Shown: in pieces, positions 24,266-34,080 of the stretch | Numbering within the stretch: position 1 is the stretch's first letter | Layout of the letters: each line of letters begins with the position of its first letter | Assembly: GCA_045533185.1 (NCBI GenBank) | Contig: JAZSHK010000073.1 | Span: 1,287-65,286 of the forward strand | Source: Acutalibacteraceae bacterium | GTDB lineage: Bacteria; Bacillota; Clostridia; Oscillospirales; Acutalibacteraceae | Length of the DNA stretch: 64,000 bases | Direction of reading: 5' to 3' | Made by a program: the position numbers and the translations under genes | Notes under the pieces: model-generated | Told to the model about the DNA's origin: nothing | The model's database searches: none | The model's input: only the letters and a program-made list of their open reading frames with translations

Positions 24266-24822
24266 TGGCAATTTCGATTAAGGCGCCCATTAACCGTGAG
24301 CAGGCACGCGCACTGCGTGCAGGCGACAGCTGTCTTATCTCCGGTGTGATCTATACAGCGCGGGATGCCGCACATAAGCGCCTGTGCGAGCTGCTGGAGA
24401 GAGGAGAACCGTTGCCGATCGAGCTTAAAGACACGGTGATCTATTTTGTCGGGCCGACGCCTGAAAGACCTGAGCAGATCATCGGCTCGGCGGGCCCGAC
24501 GACCTCCTACCGTATGGATGCTTATAGCCCGCTGTTAATCAAGAATGGGTTGACCGGAATGATCGGCAAGGGGAAAAGAAGCTCCGAGGTGATCAAAACG
24601 ATGAAGCAACACGGTGCGGTGTATTTTGGCGCGATCGGCGGTTGCGGCGCTCTGCTTGGTCGCTGCGTCAAAAAGTCTGAGGTCGTCGCTTATGAAGATC
24701 TCGGCGCGGAAGCGATACGCCGTTTAGAGGTGGAGAATTTTCCGGCGGTCGTCGTGATCGACAGCGAGGGAAATAACCTCTACGAGAGTGGCCGCGCTGA
24801 CTATCTGGCGCAAATAAGATAA
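24262..24822 (+). CDS. Fe-S class I fumarate hydratase, beta subunit
   Basis: The start overlaps the alpha stop (ATGA). It shows the FumA C-terminal domain pattern (GVIYTARDAAHKRL, GKG.R). Confidence 0.85.
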   Translation: MMAISIKAPINREQARALRAGDSCLISGVIYTARDAAHKRLCELLERGEPLPIELKDTVIYFVGPTPERPEQIIGSAGPTTSYRMDAYSPLLIKNGLTGMIGKGKRSSEVIKTMKQHGAVYFGAIGGCGALLGRCVKKSEVVAYEDLGAEAIRRLEVENFPAVVVIDSEGNNLYESGRADYLAQIR

Positions 24823-24866
24823 ACAATGCCCAATGCCGAAATTCGGCATTGGGCATTGTTGTTGTA
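24822..24866. terminator. Bidirectional terminator between convergent genes
   Basis: A 19-bp perfect stem AACAATGCCCAATGCCGAA / TTCGGCATTGGGCATTGTT. Confidence 0.8.
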
Positions 24867-24898
24867 ACACAAGAAGGATGTTGTCACCGACAGCCTTT

Positions 24899-26230
24899 TT
24901 ATAATTTTCGCTCCTCAGCATAGCGCAAGAGGGTCGCACGTTCATTAGGCAGCTTACCGCACATAACCGCATCCAGCAGCCTCTCGAGCATATCGCCGAG
25001 ATGTTTGTCCGCGGAATAGCCTATGGCGATGAGATCTTCGCCGTTGATCGCAAGGTCTTTGAGGGAGAAGCACGCGTTCTCGTCGATGAGTTCCTGTAAG
25101 CGTTTGGCGATGCCGTCAAGAACGGCTATGCGATCCAGCTTGTCCGGGTGCTGGCCGTAAACATCCGCTTTCTGTATCTCGATGAGATTCAACGCCAGAT
25201 CCGGACCCATTCGATTGAGCATTCGTTTGAGCGGATAGTCGGCAGGGGTGAGATCGTCGTCGTGGTGAAGAATCAGCTTCTTCACCGCGTCGATGGTCAG
25301 ACGGTCAAACCGCAGGCGGGACATCGCCTGCTCGGCGATTGCGGCGCTCACCGCTGCGTGTCCGCTGAAATGGTCGATACCATTCTCATCGCGCGTGTAG
25401 CAAGCGGGCTTTCCGCTGTCGTGGAACAACATAGCCAGCCGCAGCATCGGTTTCGGTGCAATCGCCGCGATCGTTTCAACCGTGTGTTCGTACACCGTCA
25501 AGAAGTGATACGGATTGACCTGCTCTAATCCGATCGTCGGCGCGATCTCCGGCAGGATGATGCTGATCACATCGGGGAACGCCAGCATTACCGAGCGTAC
25601 GTGCTCGCCACACAGTAGCTTCATAAGCTCGCTTTGTACGCGCTCAGCGGCGACACGACGAAGCAGGGGAGCAAGGTGGTGAATGGCTTTTGCCGTCATT
25701 TTCTCAATCGGAAAACCGAATTGGGCGGAGAAGCGCAGAGCACGCAAAATCCGCAGCGCATCCTCGGTAAAGCGCTTTTCCGGATCGCCGACGCAGACGA
25801 TCTGTCGATTATCCAGATCCGCCAGACCTGAGAAATGATCGACAATACCTGTCTGAGGATGATATGCCAGTGCATTGATCGTGAAATCCCGCCGCCCGAG
25901 ATCGTCCCGCAGGTTACGCGTAAACGTCACGTGGTCGGGATGACGGTTATCGCTGTACTCGCCATCGATACGGTAGGTGGTGATCTCCAGCGGATGCTCG
26001 TCGATGAGCACCGTCACCGTGCCGTGCTGTAGACCCGTCGGGATGACGCGGTATTCAGCGAACACGGACATCGTCTGCTCGGGGAGCGCATCCGTCGTAA
26101 TATCCCAGTCATTCGGCTCTCGTCCCATCAGCGTGTCACGCACACAGCCACCGACAACATACGCCTCAAAGCCGCGATTATTCAGTTTTTCAAGCGCGAG
26201 GGCGACATAGGAGGGGAGAGTCAAGGTCAT
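24899..26230 (-). CDS. cca: CCA tRNA nucleotidyltransferase (PolyA-polymerase head plus HD domain)
   Basis: GGCVRD..G....D.D head motif and HDSGKP HD motif are present. Confidence 0.85.
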   Translation of the reverse strand: MTLTLPSYVALALEKLNNRGFEAYVVGGCVRDTLMGREPNDWDITTDALPEQTMSVFAEYRVIPTGLQHGTVTVLIDEHPLEITTYRIDGEYSDNRHPDHVTFTRNLRDDLGRRDFTINALAYHPQTGIVDHFSGLADLDNRQIVCVGDPEKRFTEDALRILRALRFSAQFGFPIEKMTAKAIHHLAPLLRRVAAERVQSELMKLLCGEHVRSVMLAFPDVISIILPEIAPTIGLEQVNPYHFLTVYEHTVETIAAIAPKPMLRLAMLFHDSGKPACYTRDENGIDHFSGHAAVSAAIAEQAMSRLRFDRLTIDAVKKLILHHDDDLTPADYPLKRMLNRMGPDLALNLIEIQKADVYGQHPDKLDRIAVLDGIAKRLQELIDENACFSLKDLAINGEDLIAIGYSADKHLGDMLERLLDAVMCGKLPNERATLLRYAEERKL

Positions 26231-26244
26231 AATGACACCTCGAA

Positions 26245-27708
26245 TTACATTTTATGGCCGTGCTGAATAAGCAGACGCTGTTTTTCGTCCCATAGCTTTT
26301 GCGACAGGTCGACATAATATTTATGGGGGTTTTCAAAACGCAGCACTTCGTCCCAGATGGTGTCCATCTGCTCCTTGCAATAAGTGCGGATATCCTCGAC
26401 TGATGGCGATTCGTATACACACTCACCATCCTTAAACAGCTGCACCTGCAGTGGTACGGCGCGGAAATCCGTCAGCGTCTTGCGTTTCCAGATGTGCTCG
26501 GGATCGAAGATCTCGTACGGTTTTGTGTCGTCGATGACCTCATCGTGCATCGTGATCACATCCGCGATCGCCTTGTTGTTTTCGCGGTCATACAGACGCC
26601 AAAGCTTCTTGAAGCCCGGATTGGTGATTTTGGCGATGTTTTCGCTGACCTTGATCTTCGGGATGATTTCCCCGTTCTGCTCAACGGCAGCGAGCTTATA
26701 CACGCCGCCGAACACGGGTGCGCTGGACGCGGTGATCATCCGTTCGCCGACGCCGAAGCTGTCGACACACGCGCCCTGACGGATCATATCCTGAATGATA
26801 TACTCATCTAACGAGTTTGAAGCGGTGATCTTACAATCGGGGAAGCCTGCTTCATCGAGCATCTTGCGGGCTTTTTTGCTTAAATAGGTGATGTCGCCCG
26901 AATCAATGCGGATGCCGCGCGGGCGATAGCCGTTTGGCACGAGCACCTCGTTAAACACGCGGATGGCATTCGGGATACCGGATTTCAGTACGTTGTAGGT
27001 ATCGACCAATAACGTGCAGGAGTTGGGATAGGTGGTCGCATACGCCTTGAAGGCTTCATATTCAGAATCAAACAGTTGCACCCAGCTATGCGCCATCGTG
27101 CCGAGTGCGGGGATGCCGAACTCGCGGTCAACAATGGTACACGCCGTGCCGGTGCAGCCGGCGATATAGGACGCGCGCGCACCGTAAATGGCGCCGTCGC
27201 AGCCCTGTGCGCGGCGGGAGCCGAATTCCATCACGGGACGACCCTGCGCCGCGCGCACAATGCGGCTGGATTTTGTCGCGATCAACGATTGGTGGTTGAC
27301 AAGCACGAGGATCATCGTTTCAATAAACTGCGCCTGCATCGCAGGGCCGCGTACCGTGACGATCGGTTCGTGCGGGAAGATCGGCGTTCCTTCGGGGACT
27401 GCCCACACATCGCACGCAAACTTAAAATTACGCAGATATTCCAGAAACTGCTCGTTAAACAGCTTTTTTTCGCGCAGATAGGCAATATCCTCGTCCGTAA
27501 AGGTCAGGTCTTTGATATAGCGAATGACCTGCTCAACGCCTGCCATAATGGCCAAACCGCCGCCGTCGGGAATGGTGCGGAAGAACATATCAAAATAGAC
27601 GATCCGCTCGCCGTTTCCGGTGCAGAAAAAACCGTTCGCCATCGTGATCTCATAAAAATCTGTCAGCATCGTAAGGTTGTTCTTTGACAGAAGATTGGTG
27701 TTTTCCAT
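26245..27708 (-). CDS. pncB: Nicotinate phosphoribosyltransferase
   Basis: The sequence LTDFYEITMANGFF and the overall NAPRTase pattern are present (487 aa). Confidence 0.9.
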   Translation of the reverse strand: MENTNLLSKNNLTMLTDFYEITMANGFFCTGNGERIVYFDMFFRTIPDGGGLAIMAGVEQVIRYIKDLTFTDEDIAYLREKKLFNEQFLEYLRNFKFACDVWAVPEGTPIFPHEPIVTVRGPAMQAQFIETMILVLVNHQSLIATKSSRIVRAAQGRPVMEFGSRRAQGCDGAIYGARASYIAGCTGTACTIVDREFGIPALGTMAHSWVQLFDSEYEAFKAYATTYPNSCTLLVDTYNVLKSGIPNAIRVFNEVLVPNGYRPRGIRIDSGDITYLSKKARKMLDEAGFPDCKITASNSLDEYIIQDMIRQGACVDSFGVGERMITASSAPVFGGVYKLAAVEQNGEIIPKIKVSENIAKITNPGFKKLWRLYDRENNKAIADVITMHDEVIDDTKPYEIFDPEHIWKRKTLTDFRAVPLQVQLFKDGECVYESPSVEDIRTYCKEQMDTIWDEVLRFENPHKYYVDLSQKLWDEKQRLLIQHGHKM

Positions 27709-27791
27709 CGCTTTCTGTTCCTTTCGTGTCTAAAATCATCATTTTAGAAAATTATAGCACTTTTTGGCTTGCTCGTCTACCGTTTTTCCGC

Positions 27792-27835
27792 AAAAAAATG
27801 TCCCGAACAATGGCGTTTATGCATTGTTCGGGACA
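27792..27835 (-). terminator. Rho-independent terminator after galU
   Basis: A 14-bp perfect stem TGTCCCGAACAATG / CATTGTTCGGGACA, with a T7 run on the minus strand. Confidence 0.8.
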
Positions 27836-27839
27836 GTGG

Positions 27840-28712
27840 TTACAGAGTCTTGACCAATTCCTTTAAGTAGGAGGCAAAATCCTCCCGCATATCCGCACGA
27901 CCGAGGGCAACCTCACAGTTCGCCTGCAGGATACCGAGCTTATTCCCCATATCATAGCGTTTGCCGACATAATCAACGCCCATCATATTGCCGTTTTTCG
28001 CCTGAACACACATCGCATCGGTCAACTGGATCTCACCGCCTGCACCGGGCTCGGTGACCGCGAGAATATCAAAAATGTCGGGTGTGAGGACACAGCGACC
28101 GAGAATCGAATAGAGAGACATCACCTTGTCGGGCGAGGGCTTCTCAATCATATCGGAGACATCAAACACATTGTCGCGGACAGGGGAGACGGCCAGCGAG
28201 CAATAGCGCAGGATCTGCTCAGGCGACACCTGCTTGATGCCGACGACCGATTTGCCGAACTCCTCGTATACGCGGCAGAGCTGACCGCAGGCGGAATCAT
28301 CGCCGATGATCACATCATCGCCATACAGCACCGCAAACGGTTCGTCACCGACAAAGGACTTCGCGCAGGCGACCGCGTGCCCGAGACCCTTCGTCTCTTT
28401 CTGGCGGACAAACTGAATGTTCGCCATATTGGAGAGCTTGAGAACCTCCTCGAGCATCTCCGTCTTACCGCCGGCCTCAAGACGCTGCTCAAGCTCAATG
28501 CTGTGATCGAAGTGATCCTCGATCACACCCTTGCCGCGGTTGGTAATGATCAGGATGTCCTCAATACCTGCCGCGACCGCCTCTTCGACGATGTACTGGA
28601 TCGCAGGCTTGTCTACGATGGGGAGCATTTCCTTGGGCATCGATTTTGTCGCAGGAAGGACACGTGTGCCCAATCCCGCCGCTGGGATGACTGCTTTTCT
28701 TACTTTTGCCAT
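27840..28712 (-). CDS. galU: UTP--glucose-1-phosphate uridylyltransferase
   Basis: The sequence KAVIPAAGLGTRVLPATKSMPKEMLPIVDKP is the canonical GalU N-terminus. Confidence 0.95.
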   Translation of the reverse strand: MAKVRKAVIPAAGLGTRVLPATKSMPKEMLPIVDKPAIQYIVEEAVAAGIEDILIITNRGKGVIEDHFDHSIELEQRLEAGGKTEMLEEVLKLSNMANIQFVRQKETKGLGHAVACAKSFVGDEPFAVLYGDDVIIGDDSACGQLCRVYEEFGKSVVGIKQVSPEQILRYCSLAVSPVRDNVFDVSDMIEKPSPDKVMSLYSILGRCVLTPDIFDILAVTEPGAGGEIQLTDAMCVQAKNGNMMGVDYVGKRYDMGNKLGILQANCEVALGRADMREDFASYLKELVKTL

Positions 28713-28724
28713 AATTATCCTCCG

Positions 28725-29729
28725 TTAAATAAATATTACCAATATCTGCGTAATGAAATACTGGGCAATATAGCCGATGACCGTCACAGCGATAGAAACG
28801 CCGCCGATCGACGAAAGCTCACCCGACGTGAGATCGGGCGTCTTTTCGCGCACGCGTTTGATCGTCCTTTGGCAATGATCACGGTAGAGACGATTGCCGA
28901 ACACGGCGATCACGATCGAGATCACAAGCATTATAACAGAAAGTAGCGAGATTGACAAGAGAAAATATAGGTTGGTCGGATTTGATAAGGCGGATTCCAC
29001 AAGAGCATAGACCTCGGCATAGGTCATCTCCTCAGTCATCCCAAGGCCGAGTGCTTTGTACGAGATCTCCATTACAGCCGTCTGAATAATTTCAAGAATC
29101 ATCACGATGGCGCCGAGACCGTACATTTTGCGATAGAGCAACCACAATGGGCCGAAGAAAAACGCCGCCCAGTTCCACGAAGCGCTGCTACCGCCACGCG
29201 CCATACGGCGAAAACGCGGCAGATAGTAATCCGCCTTTGTACCTACATAAGCAGAGAGATCTTCCGCACTCACCTCATCAATCACCTCGTCCGGATCGAC
29301 GTTTTGCGAGGAATAACTCGTATTGCGGAAGGGCTGATATTCGCTGTAAGGCGTGTTCTGTTGAACATTGCTTTGCCAGTCGTTTTCGTTCTTCAGCGGA
29401 GAGCCGCAGTGCTTGCAGAATTCGGCAAATTCAGGATTTTGTGTGTGACAACGCGAGCAGATCTGATAAGGGAGAGTCTCCTCTACCGCCTCACGGGCAG
29501 AGTGATTATTCTTTTGCGCCGTCTGCGCCGCCGATGCCTTGTCGCGGCTCCATTGTTCATCGGTGTTGTGCAAATGATATAGGTGACAATGCCCCTCTTT
29601 CGCCCAACACGCTCTGTGGTGGGGGAGTCCGCACTGCGGGCAGGCAACGATATCGTCGTTTTCGGTAAATGCCTGCTGACATATCGGGCAAGCATATCCT
29701 TCGTAAAAGTACAACAGCCTCAACTCCAA
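28725..29729 (-). CDS. Zinc-finger (RING-like plus zinc-ribbon) membrane protein with DUF2628-like domain
   Basis: CPICQ..CPQCG.PHHRACW..GHCH is followed by CSRCH..CKHCG. Then comes YYLPRF....SWNWAAFFFGPLWLLYRKMY (DUF2628-type) and further TM helices. Confidence 0.7.
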   Translation of the reverse strand: MELRLLYFYEGYACPICQQAFTENDDIVACPQCGLPHHRACWAKEGHCHLYHLHNTDEQWSRDKASAAQTAQKNNHSAREAVEETLPYQICSRCHTQNPEFAEFCKHCGSPLKNENDWQSNVQQNTPYSEYQPFRNTSYSSQNVDPDEVIDEVSAEDLSAYVGTKADYYLPRFRRMARGGSSASWNWAAFFFGPLWLLYRKMYGLGAIVMILEIIQTAVMEISYKALGLGMTEEMTYAEVYALVESALSNPTNLYFLLSISLLSVIMLVISIVIAVFGNRLYRDHCQRTIKRVREKTPDLTSGELSSIGGVSIAVTVIGYIAQYFITQILVIFI

Positions 29730-29889
29730 TCTAGAGTTATTATAGCTTGCTTTAACGTTTACCGCAACAGAAATACAGGAAATTTATAAAAATTTCATAT
29801 TTATTTGCGGTTTTCTGCCGCAAAACGCAAGACGCATCTTGATATTTATCTCATAAATAAGTATAATATAACAAATAGTTCTGTAAAGG

Positions 29890-31278
29890 GTGGTTGCGTT
29901 GAGTAAAGCACGTGAGTTTTTTGAATCCATTGCCGATAAGCGTGTTATTATATGCGGTATCGGAAACAACAATATCCCCGTGATTTATACATTTTTGAAA
30001 AACGGCGCTAAGGTCACTGCCTGCGATAGACGCACCGCCGATGAGCTCGGCGAGGTTGCCGAGCAGCTTCTCACAGCCGGTGCTCGGCTGTGCCTCGGCG
30101 AAACGTATCTTGACGATCTCGATGCCGACCTCATTCTTCGCACGCCGGGTATGAAGCCGTATTTACCGCAATTTGAGGCGGCGCGTGCACGGGGAATCAC
30201 CGTAACCTCGGAAATGGAGCTGTTCTTTGATCTGTGTGAAGCGCCGATCTACGCCGTGACGGGTTCGGACGGCAAGACCACCACCACCACGATCATCGCA
30301 GGACTGTTGGACGCCTCGGGTGTTAAGACCTTTGTCGGCGGCAATATCGGTCGAGCACTGCTGCCGTATGTTGAGGAGATCCGCCCGCAGGACGCTGCTG
30401 TCGTTGAGCTTTCCAGTTTTCAGTTGACTAATATGACGCAGTCGCCACACGTTGCGGTCGTGACCAACGTGGCGCCGAATCATCTGGATTGGCATACGGA
30501 TATGCAGGAGTATATCGATGCAAAACGCAATCTCGTGTCCCACCAGAAGGGCACCGACCGCGCTGTTCTTAACCTGGACAACGATGTCACCAACAGTTTT
30601 ACCGCAGGCATAAAAGGGGACGTATGGCAGTTCTCCCGTCAGCAGCCCGTAAAGAAGGGTTGCTGGCTGAACAACGCGCGGCAGATCGTCGTTTTCGACG
30701 GCGTTCAGGAGCAGATCGTAATGAATGCGGACGACATCCGCATCCCCGGCGAGCACAATATTGAAAACTATATGGCGGCGATTTCAGCCGTTTGGGGTAA
30801 GGTCAGCGTCGAGGATATTGTGCGTTTCGCTCGCTCATTCGGCGGCGTTGAGCATCGTAGCGAGCTCGTGCGTGAACTCGGCGGTGTACGTTGGTATAAC
30901 GATTCGATCGGCTCCAGTCCCTCGCGCACGATTGCCGGTTTGAACGCTTTTAAGCAAAAGGTCATTTTAATTGCGGGCGGCTACGATAAGCATATTCCGT
31001 ATGACCCGATGGGGCCCGTTGCTGCACAAAAGGTCAAAGCGGCGATCCTGATGGGCGCTACCGCCGATGCGATCGAGCGCGCTATCCGTGCGCATAGTGA
31101 TCTGCCGATCGTCCGCGTAAAGAATATGGACGAAGCGGTCAGTGAAGCCTACGCATTGGCGGCCGAGGGGGACATCGTGTTTATGTCGCCCGCCAGCGCC
31201 AGCTTCGATATGTATAAAAACTTCGAAGTCCGCGGGAATCATTTCAAATCTCTCGTAAAGGCACTGCCCGAGAAATAA
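29890..31278 (+). CDS. murD: UDP-N-acetylmuramoylalanine--D-glutamate ligase
   Basis: VTGSDGKTTTT P-loop and Mur ligase middle and C-terminal patterns are present. The exact start is uncertain (GTG 29890 or TTG 29899). Confidence 0.9.
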   Translation: MVALSKAREFFESIADKRVIICGIGNNNIPVIYTFLKNGAKVTACDRRTADELGEVAEQLLTAGARLCLGETYLDDLDADLILRTPGMKPYLPQFEAARARGITVTSEMELFFDLCEAPIYAVTGSDGKTTTTTIIAGLLDASGVKTFVGGNIGRALLPYVEEIRPQDAAVVELSSFQLTNMTQSPHVAVVTNVAPNHLDWHTDMQEYIDAKRNLVSHQKGTDRAVLNLDNDVTNSFTAGIKGDVWQFSRQQPVKKGCWLNNARQIVVFDGVQEQIVMNADDIRIPGEHNIENYMAAISAVWGKVSVEDIVRFARSFGGVEHRSELVRELGGVRWYNDSIGSSPSRTIAGLNAFKQKVILIAGGYDKHIPYDPMGPVAAQKVKAAILMGATADAIERAIRAHSDLPIVRVKNMDEAVSEAYALAAEGDIVFMSPASASFDMYKNFEVRGNHFKSLVKALPEK

Positions 31279-31288
31279 AGGAGACAGA

Positions 31289-32314
31289 ATGACGACAATT
31301 ATTGAGGATCTGAACAGATTGTGTTGTGCCGCAGGCTGTGCGGGGCAAGGCGAGATCGCCGAAACGGCGACGGAATTGCTTCGCCCTTATGTCGATGAGA
31401 TCGTGCAGGACGCTATGGGGAATATTCTCGCTTCGCGTCGCGCGGATAGACCGGATGCCCCTACGGTGATGCTGGAGGCGCATCTTGATGAGATCGGCTT
31501 CTTGGTCACGCACATTGATGAGCGCGGCTTTATCTTTGTTGCGCCCGCAGGCGGCGTGGATAAGCGCGTTTTGACTGCACAGAAAGTGATTATCTACGGT
31601 AAGCAACCGTATTTCGGCGTGTTTTCATCTGTTCCGCCGCATTTGTCGGGCGGCGAGGATAAGCTGCCCGAGATCACGGATATGGCTATTGATGCCGGTC
31701 TGGACGCCGAAACTGCCCGAGAGATGATTCCGCTCGGCTCCCGTGTTGCCTTTGTGCCGAATTTTACTAAGCTGAGCCAAACGGTTGTTTCCTCTAAAAG
31801 TCTGGATAACCGAAGCGGTATGGCGGCAATTCTGCACTGCCTGCGAAAATTATCGGACCGTTGCGTGAATGTGGAAGTCGCATTTTGCGTGCAGGAGGAG
31901 CTCGGGTGTCGCGGCGCCGCTGTTGCAGCCAGACAGATCTGCCCCGATGCTGCGATCGTGACCGATGTGTCCTTCGCGCTCACGAAGGATTCCGATCCCC
32001 GACACTGCGGCGAGATGCACAAGGGTGTGATGATCGGCATTTCGCCGATCCTTGACGACGGAATGCGCCACGAGCTGTGTGATTTAGCTGAAAGTTGTCA
32101 TATTCCGCACCAGCTCGAAGTGATGGCGGAGACGACGGGGACCAATGCCGATGTCATCAGCACATCCTGCTGCGGCGTTAAAACGGCTCTTTTATCCATT
32201 CCGCTTCGCTATATGCACACGCCCGTTGAAACGATCGATGTTTCCGACGTTGCCGCAGTAGGAGAACTGATGGCGGCGTGGATCGAGTTGAAAGGAGCAC
32301 AGAAGGATGAATAA
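31289..32314 (+). CDS. M42 family metallopeptidase (glutamyl aminopeptidase / FrvX-like)
   Basis: The motifs AHLDEIGFLVTHIDERGFI, LDNRSG and QEELGCRGA are typical of M42. Confidence 0.85.
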   Translation: MTTIIEDLNRLCCAAGCAGQGEIAETATELLRPYVDEIVQDAMGNILASRRADRPDAPTVMLEAHLDEIGFLVTHIDERGFIFVAPAGGVDKRVLTAQKVIIYGKQPYFGVFSSVPPHLSGGEDKLPEITDMAIDAGLDAETAREMIPLGSRVAFVPNFTKLSQTVVSSKSLDNRSGMAAILHCLRKLSDRCVNVEVAFCVQEELGCRGAAVAARQICPDAAIVTDVSFALTKDSDPRHCGEMHKGVMIGISPILDDGMRHELCDLAESCHIPHQLEVMAETTGTNADVISTSCCGVKTALLSIPLRYMHTPVETIDVSDVAAVGELMAAWIELKGAQKDE

Positions 32315-33329
32315 ACAGGTATTATTTGATCTGTGCTCGCTGGACGGTATCTCCGGTCGAGAGCACGCTGTGCGCGACTTCATTCTGAAAGAACTCGATG
32401 AATCGTCCGTGCCAAAGGATGTAACGGTCGATGCTATGGGGAATATTCTTGTGCATTTGCACGGGAAAGCACCAGCCTCAAAGACCGTGTTGTTTGATGC
32501 ACACATGGATGAGGTCGGTTTTCTGATTACGCATATAAACAGCGACGGCACGCTGTGCTTTGACACGGTTGGCGGTATCGATAAGAGGGTGCTGTTCGGC
32601 CAACGCGTTCGCATTGGCAACGTTCTCGGTGTGATCGGCGGCAAGGCTGTTCATCAATGCACAAAGGATGAGAAGGATACGGTTCCCGCGATCGACAATA
32701 TGACCATCGACATCGGTGTGGCGAACGCCGAAGACGCGCAAACATTGGTCGAAATAGGGCAGGGGGGAACCTTTGCCTGCTGTCTGCAGGAGTGGCAAAA
32801 CGGTTTTGTGCTTGGCAAAGCACTGGATGACCGCGTTGGCTGTGCGCTGTTGCTCAGCATAGCGACCGAGCAGCCCGAGCGCGATATTTGGTTGTCGTTT
32901 TCCGTGCAGGAGGAGGTCGGCTTGCGCGGCGCGAAAACAGTCGCCGAGGCAGTAAGACCAGAAATCGCCGTTGCCATCGATGCCACTACCGCAGCGGATG
33001 TTGCAGGAAGCAGCGATAAAACCTGCGTCTGTCGTGTCGGTGGGGGACCGGTCATTTCGTTTGCCGACGGTGCCACACTGTACGATCAGGAGCTATACTG
33101 CTCTATTCGCACGTTTGCCGAAGAGAACGATATAACGACACAGACAAAAAACCGTATCGCCGGCGGTAATAACGGCGCAGCTCTGCAACGCGGCTACATC
33201 GGGGCGCAAACAGCGGCGATCTCGTTGCCTTGTCGCTATATTCACTCGCCGTCGTGTATGGGGTTGATGAGCGACATTGAGGCGATGGAAAAATTGCTGT
33301 TCTTGCTGGTTGAGAGGCTGACTGTATGA
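32307..33329 (+). CDS. M42 family metallopeptidase, second paralog
   Basis: The motifs AHMDEVGFLITHINSDG, LDDRVG and QEEVGLRGA are present. It overlaps the previous gene by 8 nt. Confidence 0.85.
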   Translation: MNKQVLFDLCSLDGISGREHAVRDFILKELDESSVPKDVTVDAMGNILVHLHGKAPASKTVLFDAHMDEVGFLITHINSDGTLCFDTVGGIDKRVLFGQRVRIGNVLGVIGGKAVHQCTKDEKDTVPAIDNMTIDIGVANAEDAQTLVEIGQGGTFACCLQEWQNGFVLGKALDDRVGCALLLSIATEQPERDIWLSFSVQEEVGLRGAKTVAEAVRPEIAVAIDATTAADVAGSSDKTCVCRVGGGPVISFADGATLYDQELYCSIRTFAEENDITTQTKNRIAGGNNGAALQRGYIGAQTAAISLPCRYIHSPSCMGLMSDIEAMEKLLFLLVERLTV

Positions 33330-34063
33330 TCCGCCTTGCCAACGAGCGGGATTTTGACCGTGAGAGCAAAAGCGAGAGCGAACTACGGATATGCGCGTTG
33401 GCTCGCGCTTATGGAATTTGTGTGCCGTTTATCCAGTTTTTTGCTGATGAGGAAGGGTCGCTCGCGTCCATTATGGACGGCGTATGCACATTTTATTGTG
33501 TTTCTTTACCAAACGATGAATGGTGCGCTTTTCTGCAGATGCATTCCGATATTAAAATGATCCATACGGACGGGAAAATCGGCACTGTACTAGCCGAAAA
33601 ATGGCAGTGTTCTTTACGGAATGGCCCTGTTATGCGGTTGGACAAAGTGTCAAGCGATACAACTTTACAGATCTTTCGCGAAAACGATGCTTCGTTGCGC
33701 GAAGTTTACAGGCTATTGTCGGCTGTTTTTGATGAGCTTCCGCCGTTTGAAGGATGGTATGTCGATACCTCGCATCGGGTACGGCACGGTTGCTGTCATA
33801 TTGCCGCTGAAGGGGACGATGGCAGGTTGGTCAGCGTTGCAATGACAGTGGCTGAGATCGAAGATATAGCGCTGATCGGCGGTGTGGCAACCTTGCCGTG
33901 TCATCGAGGGCAAGGGGCTGCGTCGCGATGCATCCGTCGCTTGATAGACACGCTTACACAAAGAAGCATTCTCATCGCACCAAGTGATGAGAATTCAGCA
34001 ATGCTGTATAGCAAATTGGGCTTCGTTCCGTGGGGAACGTGGGCAGAATTGACTCTGCCTTAA
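33326..34063 (+). CDS. GNAT-family N-acetyltransferase (probable)
   Basis: The C-terminal segment VATLPCHRGQGAASRCIRRL resembles the acetyl-CoA binding Q/R-x-x-G-x-G/A motif. The N-terminal half is unassigned. Confidence 0.6.
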   Translation: MIRLANERDFDRESKSESELRICALARAYGICVPFIQFFADEEGSLASIMDGVCTFYCVSLPNDEWCAFLQMHSDIKMIHTDGKIGTVLAEKWQCSLRNGPVMRLDKVSSDTTLQIFRENDASLREVYRLLSAVFDELPPFEGWYVDTSHRVRHGCCHIAAEGDDGRLVSVAMTVAEIEDIALIGGVATLPCHRGQGAASRCIRRLIDTLTQRSILIAPSDENSAMLYSKLGFVPWGTWAELTLP

Positions 34064-34080
34064 TCAGGAGGTTAACAACA

